From Octopus vulgaris (lineage: Eukaryota): DNA of 64,000 nucleotides. Below the pieces are notes generated by a model. That model had not been told where the DNA came from. It searched no databases and was given only the letters and a program-made list of their open reading frames with translations. Where the stretch lies: the NCBI GenBank assembly GCA_951406725.2, contig OX597814.1, forward strand, positions 156,674,001-156,738,000. Direction: 5' to 3'. Position 1 is the stretch's first letter; every line of letters begins with the position of its first letter. A program made the translations under genes and the position numbers. Below, piece after piece: positions 38,497 through 52,693 of this stretch.

Positions 38497-39958
38497 AAAA
38501 AGTTCAACCTTTGCATATTCCCTTTAATTCGATCTCCACCATTCACTATCATTTCTTCCCCTGGCTTACAGCGATGTCCATGAGCAGGCTACGATTTCTC
38601 CCTTCTTTTTTCATACATACATACATACATTTGTCTACCGTTTAAATGTTTTGAACTTGTAACCACCAATCTGCTTTGCTTTCCTTTTCTTTCTACATGC
38701 CACCCTAAAAACATCGCCATTCCCGCCCGTTTCTCTAAAAGTTCAACCTTTGCATATTCCCTTTAATTCGATCTCCACCATTCACTATCATTTCTTCCCC
38801 TGGCTTACAGCGATGTCCATGAGCAGGCTACGATTTCTCCCTTCTTTTTTCATACATACATACATACATTTGTCTACCGTTTAAATGTTTTGAACTTGTA
38901 ACCACCAATCTGCTTTGCTTTCCTTTTCTTTCTACATGCCACCCTAAAAACATCGCCATTCCCGCCCGTTTCTCTTTAAAGTTCAACCTTCGCATATTCC
39001 CTTTAATTCGATCTCCACCATTCACTATCATTTCTTCCCCTGGCTTACAGCGATGTCCATGAGCAGGCTACGATTTCTCCCTTCTTTTTTCATACATACA
39101 TACATACATTTGTCTACCGTTTAAATGTTTTGAACTTGTAACCACCAATCTGCTTTGCTTTCCTTTTCTTTCTACATGCCACCCTAAAAACATCGCCATT
39201 CCCGCCCGTTTCTCTAAAAGTTCAACCTTTGCATATTCCCTTTAATTCGATCTCCACCATTCACTATCATTTCTTCCCCTGGCTTACAGCGATGTCCATG
39301 AGCAGGCTACGATTTCTCCCTTCTTTTTTCATACATACATACATACATTTGTCTACCGTTTAAATGTTTTGAACTTGTAACCACCAATCTGCTTTGCTTT
39401 CCTTTTCTTTCTACATGCCACCCTAAAAACATCGCCATTCCCGCCCGTTTCTCTAAAAGTTCAACCTTTGCATATTCCCTTTAATTCGATCTCCACCATT
39501 CACTATCATTTCTTCCCCTGGCTTACAGCGATGTCCATGAGCAGGCTACGATTTCTCCCTTCTTTTTTCATACATACATACATACATTTGTCTACCGTTT
39601 AAATGTTTTGAACTTGTAACCACCAATCTGCTTTGCTTTCCTTTTCTTTCTACATGCCACCCTAAAAACATCGCCATTCCCGCCCGTTTCTCTAAAAGTT
39701 CAACCTTTGCATATTCCCTTTAATTCGATCTCCACCATTCACTATCATTTCTTCCCCTGGCTTACAGCGATGTCCATGAGCAGGCTACGATTTCTCCCTT
39801 CTTTTTTCATACATACATACATACATTTGTCTACCGTTTAAATGTTTTGAACTTGTAACCACCAATCTGCTTTGCTTTCCTTTTCTTTCTACATGCCACC
39901 CTAAAAACATCGCCATTCCCGCCCGTTTCTCTTTAAAGTTCAACCTTCGCATATTCCC
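38497..39958. repeat. Tandem array of six near-identical 239/240-bp units plus a partial unit
   Basis: GTTCAACC recurs at 38502, 38741, 38981, 39220, 39459, 39698 and 39938. Confidence 0.95.
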
Positions 39959-40212
39959 GGTGCACCCGCCCTTGCCCACCCCCACCACCAATACCGGATA
40001 TCTCTATATTTTTGTTCCATCTATACCGGATGTCGCTTCTCCCACCACCATTATAGGTGTCTACTCTTCGAACCCCCCTCTTCAACACGCTATTTCACCA
40101 TGCATTACCCTCTCTTGATATCCTACGTTCTACTTGCCTAGAACCTGTCATCATTTCTCTGAACCACCCCTCCCCACTGGTGCTCCCCTATATATTTCTG
40201 CATCCCCCCCCC

Positions 40213-40465
40213 CACATAAAAAAGCACCATCCGAACGTGGCCGATGCCAGACCCCTCTGGCACCTGTGCAGGTGGCACGTAAAAAACACCCACTACACTC
40301 GCGGAGTGGTTGGCGTTAGGAAGGGCATCCAGCTGTAGAAACACTGCCAGACTAGACTGGAGCCTGGGGCAGTCCCGAGCTCCCCAGACCCCGGTCGAAA
40401 CCGTCCAACCCGTGCTAGCGCGGAAAACGGACGTTAAACGATGATGATGATGATGATGATGATGA
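40213..40465 (+). mobile_element. Young RTE-LINE 3' tail
   Basis: GGCACGTAAAAAACACCCACTACACTCGCGGAGTGGTTGGCGTTAGGAAGGGC...CGTTAAAC(GAT)n. Confidence 0.8.
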
Positions 40466-40493
40466 TATATATATATATATATCTTTATCATAT

Positions 40494-40880
40494 AGGCGCA
40501 GGAGTGGCTGTGTGGTAAGTAGCTTGCTAACCAACCACATGGTTCCGGGTTCAGTCCCACTGTGTGGCATCTTGGGCAAGTGTCTCCTGCTATAGCCCCG
40601 GGCCGACCAATGCCTTGTGAGTGGATTTGGTAGACGGAAACTGAAAGAAGCCTGTCGTATATATGTATATATATATATGTGCGTGTGTATGTTTGTGTGT
40701 CTGTGTTTGTCCCCCTAGCTGGTGTGTTTACGTCCCCGTCACTTAGCGGTTTGGCAAAACAGACCGATAGAATAAGTACTGGGCTTACAAAAAATAAGTC
40801 TCGGGGTCGATTTGCTCGACTAAAGGCGGTGCTCCAGCATGGCCGCAGTCAAATGACTGAAACAAGTAAAAGAAATAAAA
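40494..40880 (+). mobile_element. Full-length family-B tRNA-SINE
   Basis: GGCGCAGGAGTGGCTGTGTGG head with A/B boxes; complete tail. Confidence 0.85.
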
Positions 40881-40894
40881 GAAATATATATTAC

Positions 40895-40935
<41 letters not shown>

Positions 40936-43062
40936 TATCATATATATAAATTCTATATATATATGATATATATATATTATATAGATATCGCCTCACTGGC
41001 ACTTGTGCCAGTGGCACGTGAAAAACAATATTCAAGCGAGGTTGTTGCCAGTGCTGCTGGACTGGCTCCTGTGCAGGTGGCACATAAAAAGCACCATTTG
41101 AATGTAACCATTGCCTTGTGCTAGTGGCACGTAGAAGCACCCACTACACTCTCGGACTGGTTGGTGCTAGGAAGGGCATCCAGCAGTAGAAGCTCTGCCA
41201 GATCAGATTGGAGCCTGGTGCAGCCATCTGACTCGCCAATCCTCAGTCAAATTGTCCAACCCATGCTAAAATGCTGCCTCAACAACCTATTTTCTGAAAT
41301 GAAAATAGACATTAAACAAATGAATTAATTAACAAATGTGCAATGCCATTATAAAAAGTGTATTGTCATTGCTTACAAGTCATATGTCATCAGTTAATAC
41401 ATTACTTTAAAGCAGTATTTGTTAAATAAATTTTATTATATTTTTTCAGTGCCATTCCCCTTGTAAACAACCCTCAGGTTTTAGAAGTTATTTTATAATT
41501 CCATTTTTAAGAAACAGTTATTTATAGTTTGAAAAAAATCTAAACTGCTGGGAATTATGAACTATGGTCATGGAAACATCACAGAGACAAAATAATGATT
41601 ATCAACCTTTTAGATTCAGTAATCAAACATATTATTGACTTAAATACTAATATATTTCTCAGTTTTATAACTAAACTAATGAAAATTACCATTAAAAGAT
41701 CATAAACTATATTTTAATAAACATCAGTGCTGTGATCAACTTATCTGCTCACACTTTCATGCAAAAAATGGAAAAGACAAAGCAGCATTATTAGTAGCGG
41801 CATTGTTTTTATTATTATCAATATCATCTTCATCTTTATTTTCCCGTTGATTATGCCAGAAATATCTAAAGCAATTTAACGATTTAAAGTCGAAAGGTTA
41901 ACTTCAATAGATGCGTAAATAATGCAATAGGATGGGCAGAGAGGACAAAAGCTACAAAGAAACAGCCTAATAATCACGACACATATTGAGTAAAGTTGTA
42001 TTATTAATCTCTTGTTTGGCATCCACTGGCTATATTGCCTCGGAGATAACAGCTTCGATCTTACTGACTAACTCTAGGAATCTGCCGAAATAGAATCCTT
42101 TTAAGAAGTGCTGCACTGTCGACCAGACTACACGCCACTGACATAAATTTGGCACATTACCCGAATAATATTAGTGATTTTCTAATATATGTATACACAC
42201 ACACACACACAAATACTCTCGCACATACATACATTTTCATCTCATGCAGAAAATTTCCAAATAAAATGGAAGAAAAGTGATGGAGCCATATCTTCTGAAT
42301 ACACATAATAAACCTCCATAATGACTGAAACACAATATTGGGAACGCATAAATAAATGTCTACAGCCTTGAGTTCCAATTTTAGAAGAGTTATTTTCAAT
42401 TCATTTCTATAATGTTCTGTGCTGTCTATCTTATGCAGATTTCTTATATGTTCTTGCGTACGCATTCTAGCACTCTCATTTGCACGCATAAACATAAATA
42501 CACACACACAACTTCAGTAACACATTCACACAGACACATGCATATACAAGCATGTGCTCACCAAAGGTTAGTTGTCATACAATTGTTGTTATATAATTAT
42601 ATGCATATATATAGAGAGAGATAGATAGATAGATATAGATATGCATGCAAATACATAGACAGACAGACACACACACACATATTCTTTTTAGAGTTTAGAG
42701 CCAGAAGAGGAAGAGTAGGACCTATAACCTTTGCAGAATTTCTGAGAATGGTGAGAGGAGTGGAATAGACCACTACCCACGAGTTGTTGGAGTAGGAAAT
42801 GTTACATCAAGATATCCAGTTATCTCCTGTTTGTAACAGCATGGACTGGCTAAAGATATGCAATCATCAAAACATGATGTTTGTTCTTGAGGATACTCTG
42901 CAACTCACTGAGTATGTTGGGACTATGGGAATGAAATAACACACGCAATCACACATACACACACACACATGTGCAAAGGAGCAATACACATAAAGAACAC
43001 GCAGGAAATTTATATATAGAGAGATTATATATATATATATATATATATTCTTTTTTTTTCTT

Positions 43063-43420
43063 GGATGCTTAGGAGGTTCCCTAGAAGTTGTAGATAATTT
43101 CTTTTACCTAGGTGACCTAACGAGCAATAGAGGAGGAAGTTCTGAAAACTGGAAGTATAGTTGCTAGAATAAAAAGAGACAGGAGAAAGTTCAGAGAGCT
43201 ATTACCTCTGTTGATAACAAAAGGTCTCCATTTCCAAATGAAAGGTAAAGTGTATGTTCTTTGTGTATGAGCAGCAATGGTACATGGTAGTGAGACATGG
43301 ACATTGAATGCAAAGAGCATGCAAAGATTAGAAAGAATGAAGCTCGTAAGCTTTGACAAATGTGGAGCATCATGGTGCATGTATGACAAAGTGCAATTAT
43401 GTTGAGAGAAATCATCAGTG
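43063..43420 (+). pseudogene. RTE-clade reverse transcriptase C-terminal fossil
   Basis: Frameshifted peptides LEVVDNFFYLGD, RKFRELLPLLITKGL..KGKVY and AMVHGSETWTLNAKSMQRLERM. Confidence 0.8.
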
Positions 43421-44282
43421 GCAAGTCCTGACATGTTTCAAAGTTATAATGATCTCATAAGCAGAGGTATAAAGTACAACAAACTTGCTGAAGTAGTGAT
43501 AGTAGAACCACTTAGTAAATGTACAAGATTTACACTTTTTGGCACAGAAAGGTAGTAATGTTTTAGGCAGTGGTTCTGAAGCCAAGTGCCACGGATTACA
43601 GGTGCACTGAAATAGGTGTATAGCAAAACTGTGGATTTATGAATGTATAATTTAAGGCTTCAGAAAATTCATGCTAATACAAGAGTTTATTTTTACTTTT
43701 GCATTTTTTTTTAAACTATGTTGTTTACAATTGTTACATACAACTGTGATTACTAAAACAATGCAAGCACTGGTTTCATTCTAAATTTTTAGCTTTAGGA
43801 AATAGTTTTCTATTTAAAATTTCCAGGTAAAGAGCACAAGAACTATTTTTTTATATTTCAAGAATGCCAAAAAATAAACAGATTGAATGCCACTGGTTTG
43901 GAGAACAAATAACTCAAAGTGACTGTCTGCAAGAAAACAATCAATGAAGAAAATAATGATTGTGGTGGCGTTTGTAATAATGATGATAATATTGATGTTA
44001 TGAGGTCATGGTAATGAAAACAATTGAAATCTAAGGAAATGTGGAACAATCAAAATGAAGAAAGTGATTAAAAGTAACTATCTCCAAAATAGCATATGAC
44101 CCATTGATAAAAATAAATCAATGAATTGACTACATTTGTTTACTACTGAAGCATAAAATTTCGATTCAATGCAGCATCTTTAAATACTATGAATGTACAT
44201 TTGATATTCAAGCAGCAACAAATCAGCAAGTCATTAGAGGGTCCCTTGACCTGACAAAAATAGCACTGAAATCTCCATCATA

Positions 44283-44443
44283 TCATCATCATCATCATCA
44301 TCGTTTAACGTCCGTTTTCCGCGCTAGCACGGGTTGGACGGTTCAACCGGGGTCTGGGAAGCCAGGAGCTGCACCAGGCTCCAGTCTGATCTGGCAGAGT
44401 TTCTACAGCTGGATGCCCTTCCTAACGCCAACCACTCCGCGAG
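44283..44443 (-). mobile_element. Young RTE 3' tail fragment
   Basis: Close reverse complement of 40300-40460. Confidence 0.8.
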
Positions 44444-47000
44444 TATCCTGATATTTGAAAACTAAATAAGCTCAGCAGTGTGGACCCTGATACACAAAAG
44501 GATGAGATGGTCATGACTAGATCAGCTTTGATTATAGCTATGTTGAATGGGGACAGATTTGGGGTGAAACAACAATGTTGACCAGACACTTTATTTATTT
44601 TGCATAAATAATGCAATTATAGCCTGTTATTTAACTGAAATATTGCTGGAACCTCTTATCTAATTTAGACAATGCTAAAGTTTCTATCTAATTGAAATAA
44701 TGTTAAACCAAGCATTTAATTTAAATAATGCTAGAGCCTTACAGCTAGTTCAAATAATATCGAAGCCTCTTGCCTATTTCGATCTAGCATGAAATAAAAC
44801 TATCCACTTGAATACTCTTAGTTCTTTCACCAACAAACAGCTTTCAGTCTTTTGGGTTTTTTTCTTTCTTTTCTTTCTTGGCTCTTTGTCAAAATGCGTC
44901 ATCTGTTTGGTGGAATGAGGAAAAACTTCTTCGAGAAAACGACTGAAGGAGGATGCAGTTCTTGACAAGATTAATAGAATGTTTAATTTATGGTTTGTGC
45001 AGAAGAAGGACAAAAAAGAGAATGAGGAGAAGCGAAAAGGTTGATTCATTAACTAGTCACAGTTGTTGTGAAGCTCCATAGTAAATTTAATCAAACAGCT
45101 ACAAAGACACATAGCTAAATGTTTAAAGGACCGAATGTGACCTACACATCTGTTGATACAGATATACTATGCTTCTGTATTATGCATCAGTAAAAGCAAT
45201 AACGAAGATGGGGACACTACAACTAATACATAATATAAAAATTCCTGATCTCAGAAATATAGAATTGTATACTATACCTCTACCTAACTGAGAATCAAAT
45301 GACATACCCTGGAGGCAATCATTCCCAACTCACTCCAAAGAAAGGTCACTTAAATGATTGGTATGAGATTACTCACCAGCTCACTCAAACTTCTGACTAA
45401 CAGAAGTTGGAGTGTGTTATAACCTCTCTCTGGGTCTTCTACAGCTGCAACATTAACTTCAGCTCCTTGGGAGTGGCTAATCTTATGACACCTCAACTCA
45501 AGCATTCCAGATACACTAATCTTTCTTAACCTTATCACCCAGTATCCACCCCCCAAGTCTAGGTCCAAGCTCTGCATTAACCATCATAACTTGACCTTCC
45601 TTCTCAGTATGACAGCTCTCTGTAATTACTTTCATGCAATCTTTTTCTTTCTGCAGCTGCCAACTTGCAGCTAATCTAGAAGAATGTTAACAATACCTCA
45701 CATCAGCTTCAGAAGGCCTGTTAACAAAAAATGGAGGATACATGTAGTTGTTGATATCCCTAAAAAGACAGAATGGTCATGGCTGGAATGCCTTTGATCA
45801 TAGATTTATGCAATCTGCACCAGATTGTTACAAAACAACAACAAACACTAACATATTTAATGACATAAGAAACACATAGGCATATTAGATATGCCTATAT
45901 TTCATCTGTCTTTACATTCTTAGTTCAAATTCCACCGAGGTCGACTTTGCCTTTCATCCTTTCAGGGTCAATAAATTAAGTACCAGTTGCGTCCTAGGGT
46001 CGATCTAATTGACTAGCCCCCTCCCCCAAAATTTCGAATTTTTTTAACATGGGGTGTTTGATTTTGAGGGAGAGCTGGTTAAGATTTCTAGCAAATCAAT
46101 TAACCACATGTAACTTCTCATATACACTCATAAATCAGTGTTTACAAAGCTTACTCATCAAGTGGGCTGATTTTTTCCCCCTGTATGTTCAAAGTCTAGA
46201 ATATAAATATACAGGATTAGTGCTCTAATGCACATTGTATTTGCTCATTAAAGGATTAGCAGTGGCTTCATTGGTAAAAAAAAATTTCTTGGCCACAAAC
46301 CCAAACCTTCCAATCATTATGATGTCATTTTAACAATGTTTAGTCATTCAATCATTCAAGCTGAGATCGACTGAGAAGTTTTTTCTTTCTTTTTTTTTTT
46401 ATGTACAAACTCACCCCTCCATCCTATCAAGAGAATTATGGAAGTAAATCAATAGAAATCCACAATGAAACAAGCAGAACAAAAACTGAGAGGGTGTATA
46501 TAGAAAGATGAATATTGAACAATTGCACTCCTATTTCTGATAAAACAATTACAAATCAATTAAGAGTTCAATTGCTTGTTAGACATAAAGGTCATGATCA
46601 CAGAAGTTTTGAGATCAACTGAACATTATTCATTAGAAAGCAACAATAACTAACGAAGCTAGTTTACTGGCAACTATTCATGACCAGTATATTATATGTT
46701 TAATTTATTAATGAACTATTAATTAAGGTAATGTGTGACTGTAAACAGAAGGTAAAGGCAATGGAGAATTTTTACATCAGTGCTTCATGTTATGTTGTTT
46801 GTTGTTTTTTTTTGTATTGGTTTTTCTTTTGCTTGCTTGTTACTACAACTGGTTATACAGGTAACACAAAAGTCAATATAAATTGGAATTATTGATGAAT
46901 GTAATCAGTATTAAGTCAAAATAGCTTCACATTGTATTTGGTTCAATTCTACTAGATAAGTGAAAGCTTATCTCCCTCCATTCTTCTCCCACTCACTCAT

Positions 47001-47054
<54 letters not shown>

Positions 47055-47778
47055 GAGTGGGAGAGACAGCTAGTCAGACACATCAGGTCGAGTGGACTGA
47101 AAGTTTGCTTTATAAGCACATGATTTCAAGTTCTATCACACTGCATGGCGCCATGAGCAATCATATTCTACTATAGCCTCAGTCTGATCAATTCCCTATG
47201 AATGGAATTGGCTGGCAGAAACTGTATGAAAGATCATTATAGACAAATGTTTGTGTGTGTGTGTGTATGTGTTTACGTGTTTACCTGTGTATTAAGAGTA
47301 ATGAGTGAGTATGATAAAATAGTTGGCATTGTATATATAACTTACCAGAATTTTACTTCAATCTAAATAAAGTTGATACAAGTTACATCACTGTTCAGTC
47401 ATCTAGTTGTGAGAGACAACCTGAGCACTGTGCACTAAATATTCACTAAATAAACTTATGTATGTCTAGCTATCTAGATCAGTGGGTCCCTTTAATGTAT
47501 CCTTTGTCATTCATGGTGTACTTTAGAGCAACTAAAAATATTTTAGTGCACTTTGTACAAAAGGTTAAAAGGTATTTTGAAAAAATGGAATCTATGTATT
47601 TTAGCCTATAAATACAAATAATATAGACTACAGGAAATATTTTAAGCATGCATTTCTATAAATAGAGAATAGATAAAATAGTTATGTAGAATTTCAGTTT
47701 GTGCTTTTCACTATTTCAAATAAAAATGTTTACATATACGTGTCTGTGTCTATAATTATTAATATATATATATATATA

Positions 47779-47915
47779 TATACACGAATATAAGTGAGTG
47801 TCCACTATGTGGTCAACTCTTGCGCTAAAAATAGATCTGCTATAGAGACCATAGCGGATCTATTTTTAGCACAAGAGTCGACCACATAGTGGACACTCTC
47901 TTATATTCGTGTATA
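47779..47915. repeat. Fold-back palindrome with 65-bp arms and a 7-nt loop, next to (TA)n
   Basis: 47779-47843 is the reverse complement of 47851-47915 with 4 mismatches. Confidence 0.9.
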
Positions 47916-50764
47916 AATTTTACTATATCCCTGGTTTTTATACGCTAAACCACTTGGTGTTAAATTGATATTATTAAATTAATATCCAATTTTTTATCAT
48001 TTTACATCTATCTTTCACACTGGCATGGGCTGGAGACAGACTATCCAACAGATAGGAAGAACAAGTCTTGTTCCAATGTTTCAGTTCTGGCATGCACACA
48101 TACATATATATACACACACATACAACTATATGCATGAGAATGCATACATAAAACAAAACATACAAATCTGTACACATATGTATGTACATATGTACATACA
48201 ACCACTTTGTACTATCTCAAGAACATAAATAAAACTTAAAGAAAAACCACCCATCCATCTATCCATATCTACATGCACACATGCATGCATACAAGGGTTC
48301 ATCAACAAGGAGGATTCAGTTGAACAAGTGAACTCTTGAATTTATGCGTAAGTGACTGAGCATTCCACAGACATGTGCTCCCTTTATGTAATTTTCAGGT
48401 AGAATCATTGTGACACAATGTGTCTATATCATTGACTTACAGGTATAATCCATCCAATGGGCTTCTATACAGTTTCCATCTTCTGAAGATCACTTATATG
48501 ATATGAACCAATCTGAGGTAACAGAAAATGACATTTGCCAAAGATGCCATACCTGGGGATTGAACCCCAATAGTGCAGTGTAGTGTTAATATTATAACTG
48601 ACGGTTTCAAATAAAAATGTTTACATGTCTGTGTCTAATTATTTCTATGTACGTCATCATTATCATTTTACATCTATCTTTCACACAGGCATGGGCTGGA
48701 GACTGACAGTGTCCAACAGATAGGAAGACCAAGTCTTCTCTCTGTTTAATAGAAATGGTGGGAAGAGATGATATTGAGAATAGGGTGATAGATGCCAAAA
48801 GCAAGTGGCTCCAAGGAGAGAGAGATAACTGGTACAACAAAAGGACATGTAATATGTGTGGTTTTGCTCTTGTCTGATCTCATTTAATTATAGCAGTTGA
48901 ACAGTAGTGTAGTTAGAAGAGTGATGGGTCCAAGGAACATGAAAGGTGATGAGGGCTTGACAGGGATACAATAGAAGCAAAGCAATGTTCAGGACTTCTT
49001 TTCAGTTTTCATCTCCTATATTCATTCACAGGGCTTTAGTGGCTTTGAGGCTATAGCAGAAAACACTTGCTCAAAGTGGCACATAGTGGAACTCATCCTA
49101 AAACCATGTGATTGCATAGCAGACTTCTTAACCTCACAACCAAGTCTCTGTGTGTGTGGGGTGGGTGGGTGTAGGGAAATATATGTGGGTGGGGGGTCGT
49201 GCATGCTACACCGATATGGAGAACCATAGTTGGCCTACATCTGACATGATCCAAATTTCTAATAACCAAAACAGAAAGAAACTCAAGCTAATGCTTTCTT
49301 TAACTCCACTTAATAACTACTCAGTTGTTGATCCTCTTCCCCAACTCCATTCTTTAAAAGTTGTGTGGAAACAAATATTGTGATTTACTTTTAAAGCCAG
49401 TTATCCTTCATCCTTGAATTAATCTTGTGTGAAGAGGAGTTCCACATGTGTATCTAGCCCCGGAATATACTCCATTGTAGGATATCATGCGGGGGCCAAA
49501 TAATGACATAAGAGCTTTTATATGCAGGTTATGAGGTTTTCACCCCAATTATACTAATATATATGTGTGTGTGTGTGTGTGTGTGTATAAATGGTAAGAT
49601 CTCCTTTAGTCATGAATGAGCATGGGATTGCACCTAAAAAGTTCACCTCTGAGGCATAAGTCCAGGCAAGGTTATTTACAGAAGACCAGCAGTCACCCAT
49701 GCATATCAACCTCCCTCACCATGCGACCGATGTTATCCAAGAGAAAGGTAAAGGTCATTTCAGCTTGGCACCAGTGATGTTACAACTCATTTCTACAGAT
49801 GTGTGAACAGGAGCAATATAAATTAAAGTGTCTTACTCAAGAACACAACATATACCCCAGTCCAGGAATTGAACTCACTACCTCATGATTGTGAGCTTGA
49901 CACTCTAACCACTGAGTCATGTGCTTTCACTACATGTGTGCATGTGTGTGCGTGTGTGGCAGCCTACTAGTGCCAGTGTCACAAAATAAAAGAAGCACCC
50001 AATACACTGTAAAGTGATTTGACCTTAGGGAACGCATCTAGTCATTGAAAACATTCCAAGGTTGACATTGCAGCATGACACATCTTTGTGGCTCAGCAGA
50101 TCCTGTCAAACCATTCTACCTAAGCCACCAAGGGAAACAGATGTCAAATGTTTAAATGTTGATGATGATGATGATATATAAAACATCTTAAAATGAATTA
50201 AAAGCATAATATCAATCAGTTCTTTGGAAAGCATTTTAAAAGCAGTGTTTCAATATAACATATGTAGTGACAGTTGTTGAGATGAAATTAACTGAATTAG
50301 AGAGCTTAGACAAAGGATTAAAGTGACCAATACAAGTAAATCTCACGTAATTTGTTGTCAAGTAAAAATATATATAGATTCAGAAAGTATCTTCGACAGA
50401 ACAGTGCAATAATATCAATTCAGCTGTCAACCATTACTAATACTATCTTTCATTTAGAAAGCTATAGTGACAGTAATAGCTTACACAACTAAAACTTTAA
50501 AGCCAGTTCAACCATTGATGGGTTTGGCTCATTTTCTTTGGCGTTTCCTTTCTCTCTGTCTTTCTTTTCCCTCTTTTCTTTTACAGTGACTTGACTAACA
50601 AAGAAAGAAAGAAAATTGTTGCATCAAGCAAAGATTCTAGATTTTCTATTTTTGCTGCAATTATTATTTTTGCTATCACTATTCATATAATTATCATCAT
50701 CATCATCATCATCATCAATAACAATAATAATAATAATAATAGTAATAATAATAATAATAATAAT

Positions 50765-51310
50765 AAATGCCCTGATGCAGTACCAGGCAGTGGCTCTTGT
50801 GGCTTCTGATCTTAACTGATTGGAAATGTTATCATGTACATTGTTTTGTCTTGGTATAAAAGATGGGCTACAGCAAATATTCCGCTCAATACCACAGATT
50901 TGCTTGTCAGTTGTTTGACCTTAACCAGTTGACCATGTCCCTTAGTGGCCGACGATATGTGCATCTCTGATCACGAGCAGAAGTAGTGGGGGAGCATCAT
51001 AGCCGTGTGTTGAAAGGAATTCTTAGAGGTTTGGATAATTCACCTTTGGAAACATGGGTGGTTTGTTCAACATCTTTGAACATTCCTTATTCAGGGACCT
51101 TTGAAGTGGGATGGGCTACTCGACCAGAAGAAAATTCTAACTGGGCCCTACCTGCAAGGTCATGTGCTGTTTATCTTGATATGAGATCACCATGTCGCAC
51201 ACATATGGTTGTGATGCATGTGCCTGGTGTACCCTTATCAGACGGGTAGTCATGATGGGTATACTGGGCTTCGTATATTTTACCCCAGTGTCACTTTGAT
51301 GGCATGCAAT
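50765..51310 (+). mobile_element. Unclassified interspersed repeat (probable LINE 3' end) between (TAA)n and (TAG)n; partial inverted copy at about 36940-37110
   Basis: Shares GTCAGTTG..TGACCTTAACCA...GAGCATYRTAGCCRTGTGTTGA with 36940-37110; microsatellite flanks. Confidence 0.55.
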
Positions 51311-51381
<71 letters not shown>

Positions 51382-51815
51382 TTTATTATTATTATTTCAA
51401 TAGTGTTATTTTCATTGTATGCTTTCACTGTGCAGCCTAACATAACTCCATGTGCCTTGGGTATGTGCAGTGTTCTGTGCCTACCAATTGAAATGAAAGT
51501 CCTTCATATAATGTGTGCAGTACCCACTCTTGTTATTTTCTATACAGTGAGTTTGAAAATCCTGGTATTTTTTTTTTTATTATATATTAGCTTGAATCTT
51601 TTTCAATCATTCCTAAGGTACTGCACCTATTATATTATAGAAGAATGTGATAAAAATGATTAGTGGTGGGCAGGCTGTGAATGATGATATGAGCAAGGTT
51701 ACGGAACTGACAGAGCAGTGTTGTTGATAGAGAGGTGGTATCAGTAAGATGATGGCACTGGTTGAGTCACAGCAAGGTCACCAAGTAACTTGCAAGATAC
51801 AATCCCTCAACTGAC

Positions 51816-51857
<42 letters not shown>

Positions 51858-51859
<2 letters not shown>

Positions 51860-52014
51860 CAATAAGAAAATGGAGGGGATCAATAGGTGGTTCATCAACT
51901 TTTAGACATTATATTATGTTAACTTATTTATAGTAAATAAATAAATAAGTTAACGTAATATAATGTCTAAAAGTTGATGAACCACCTATTGATCCCCTCC
52001 ATTTTCTTATTGCT
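51858..52014. repeat. Fold-back palindrome with 74-bp arms and a 9-nt loop, in a (TA)n-flanked insert extending to about 52188
   Basis: 51858-51931 is the reverse complement of 51941-52014 with 1 mismatch. Confidence 0.9.
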
Positions 52015-52184
52015 CTATAAATTAATGGTAAAATATCTCTTTACCTTCACCCATTTAGTACACTAGGTAATGTAATTTCAATGCAATAAAAAAAAAACAC
52101 TTGTGTATTAATAATTGGGTATTCTACCAGCAGTATATTGGATATATATTATCCCTTAGTGGGTTGGATTCACAACCTCTAACT

Positions 52185-52231
<47 letters not shown>

Positions 52232-52693
52232 CATTTCATCATCATCATTTAACATCCGTTGTCCATGCTAGCATGGGTTAGACAGTTTGACCAGGGCTGG
52301 TAAGCTGCATCAGACTCCAGTCTGATTTGACATGGTTTTCTATTTATCTCTCACCAGATGGAGTAATTTTGTTTTTGTTGATCTTACCATCATGGAACAG
52401 TACATTTTATATACATATATACCCACACATATTATATACATATCTATCTTTTACTTTTTACTTGTGTCGTTCTCTTCACTGTGGCCATGGCTGGGGTACA
52501 GCCTCGAAGAATTTTTAGTTGAATGAATTGACTCTTTTATTCCGTTTTTTAAGCCTGGTACTTATTCTATTAGTTGCTTTTGCTAAACCACTAAGATACA
52601 GGTATGGACATACATCAACTACAGATGTTGAGCAATGATGGAGAACAAACACAGACACGAAGATATACACACAGATATAAATATATATACATG

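Noticed and set aside
38497-39958. Possible retrozyme (hammerhead-containing tandem repeat)
   Set aside because: The unit size fits, but no CTGANGA core was found on either strand of the unit.
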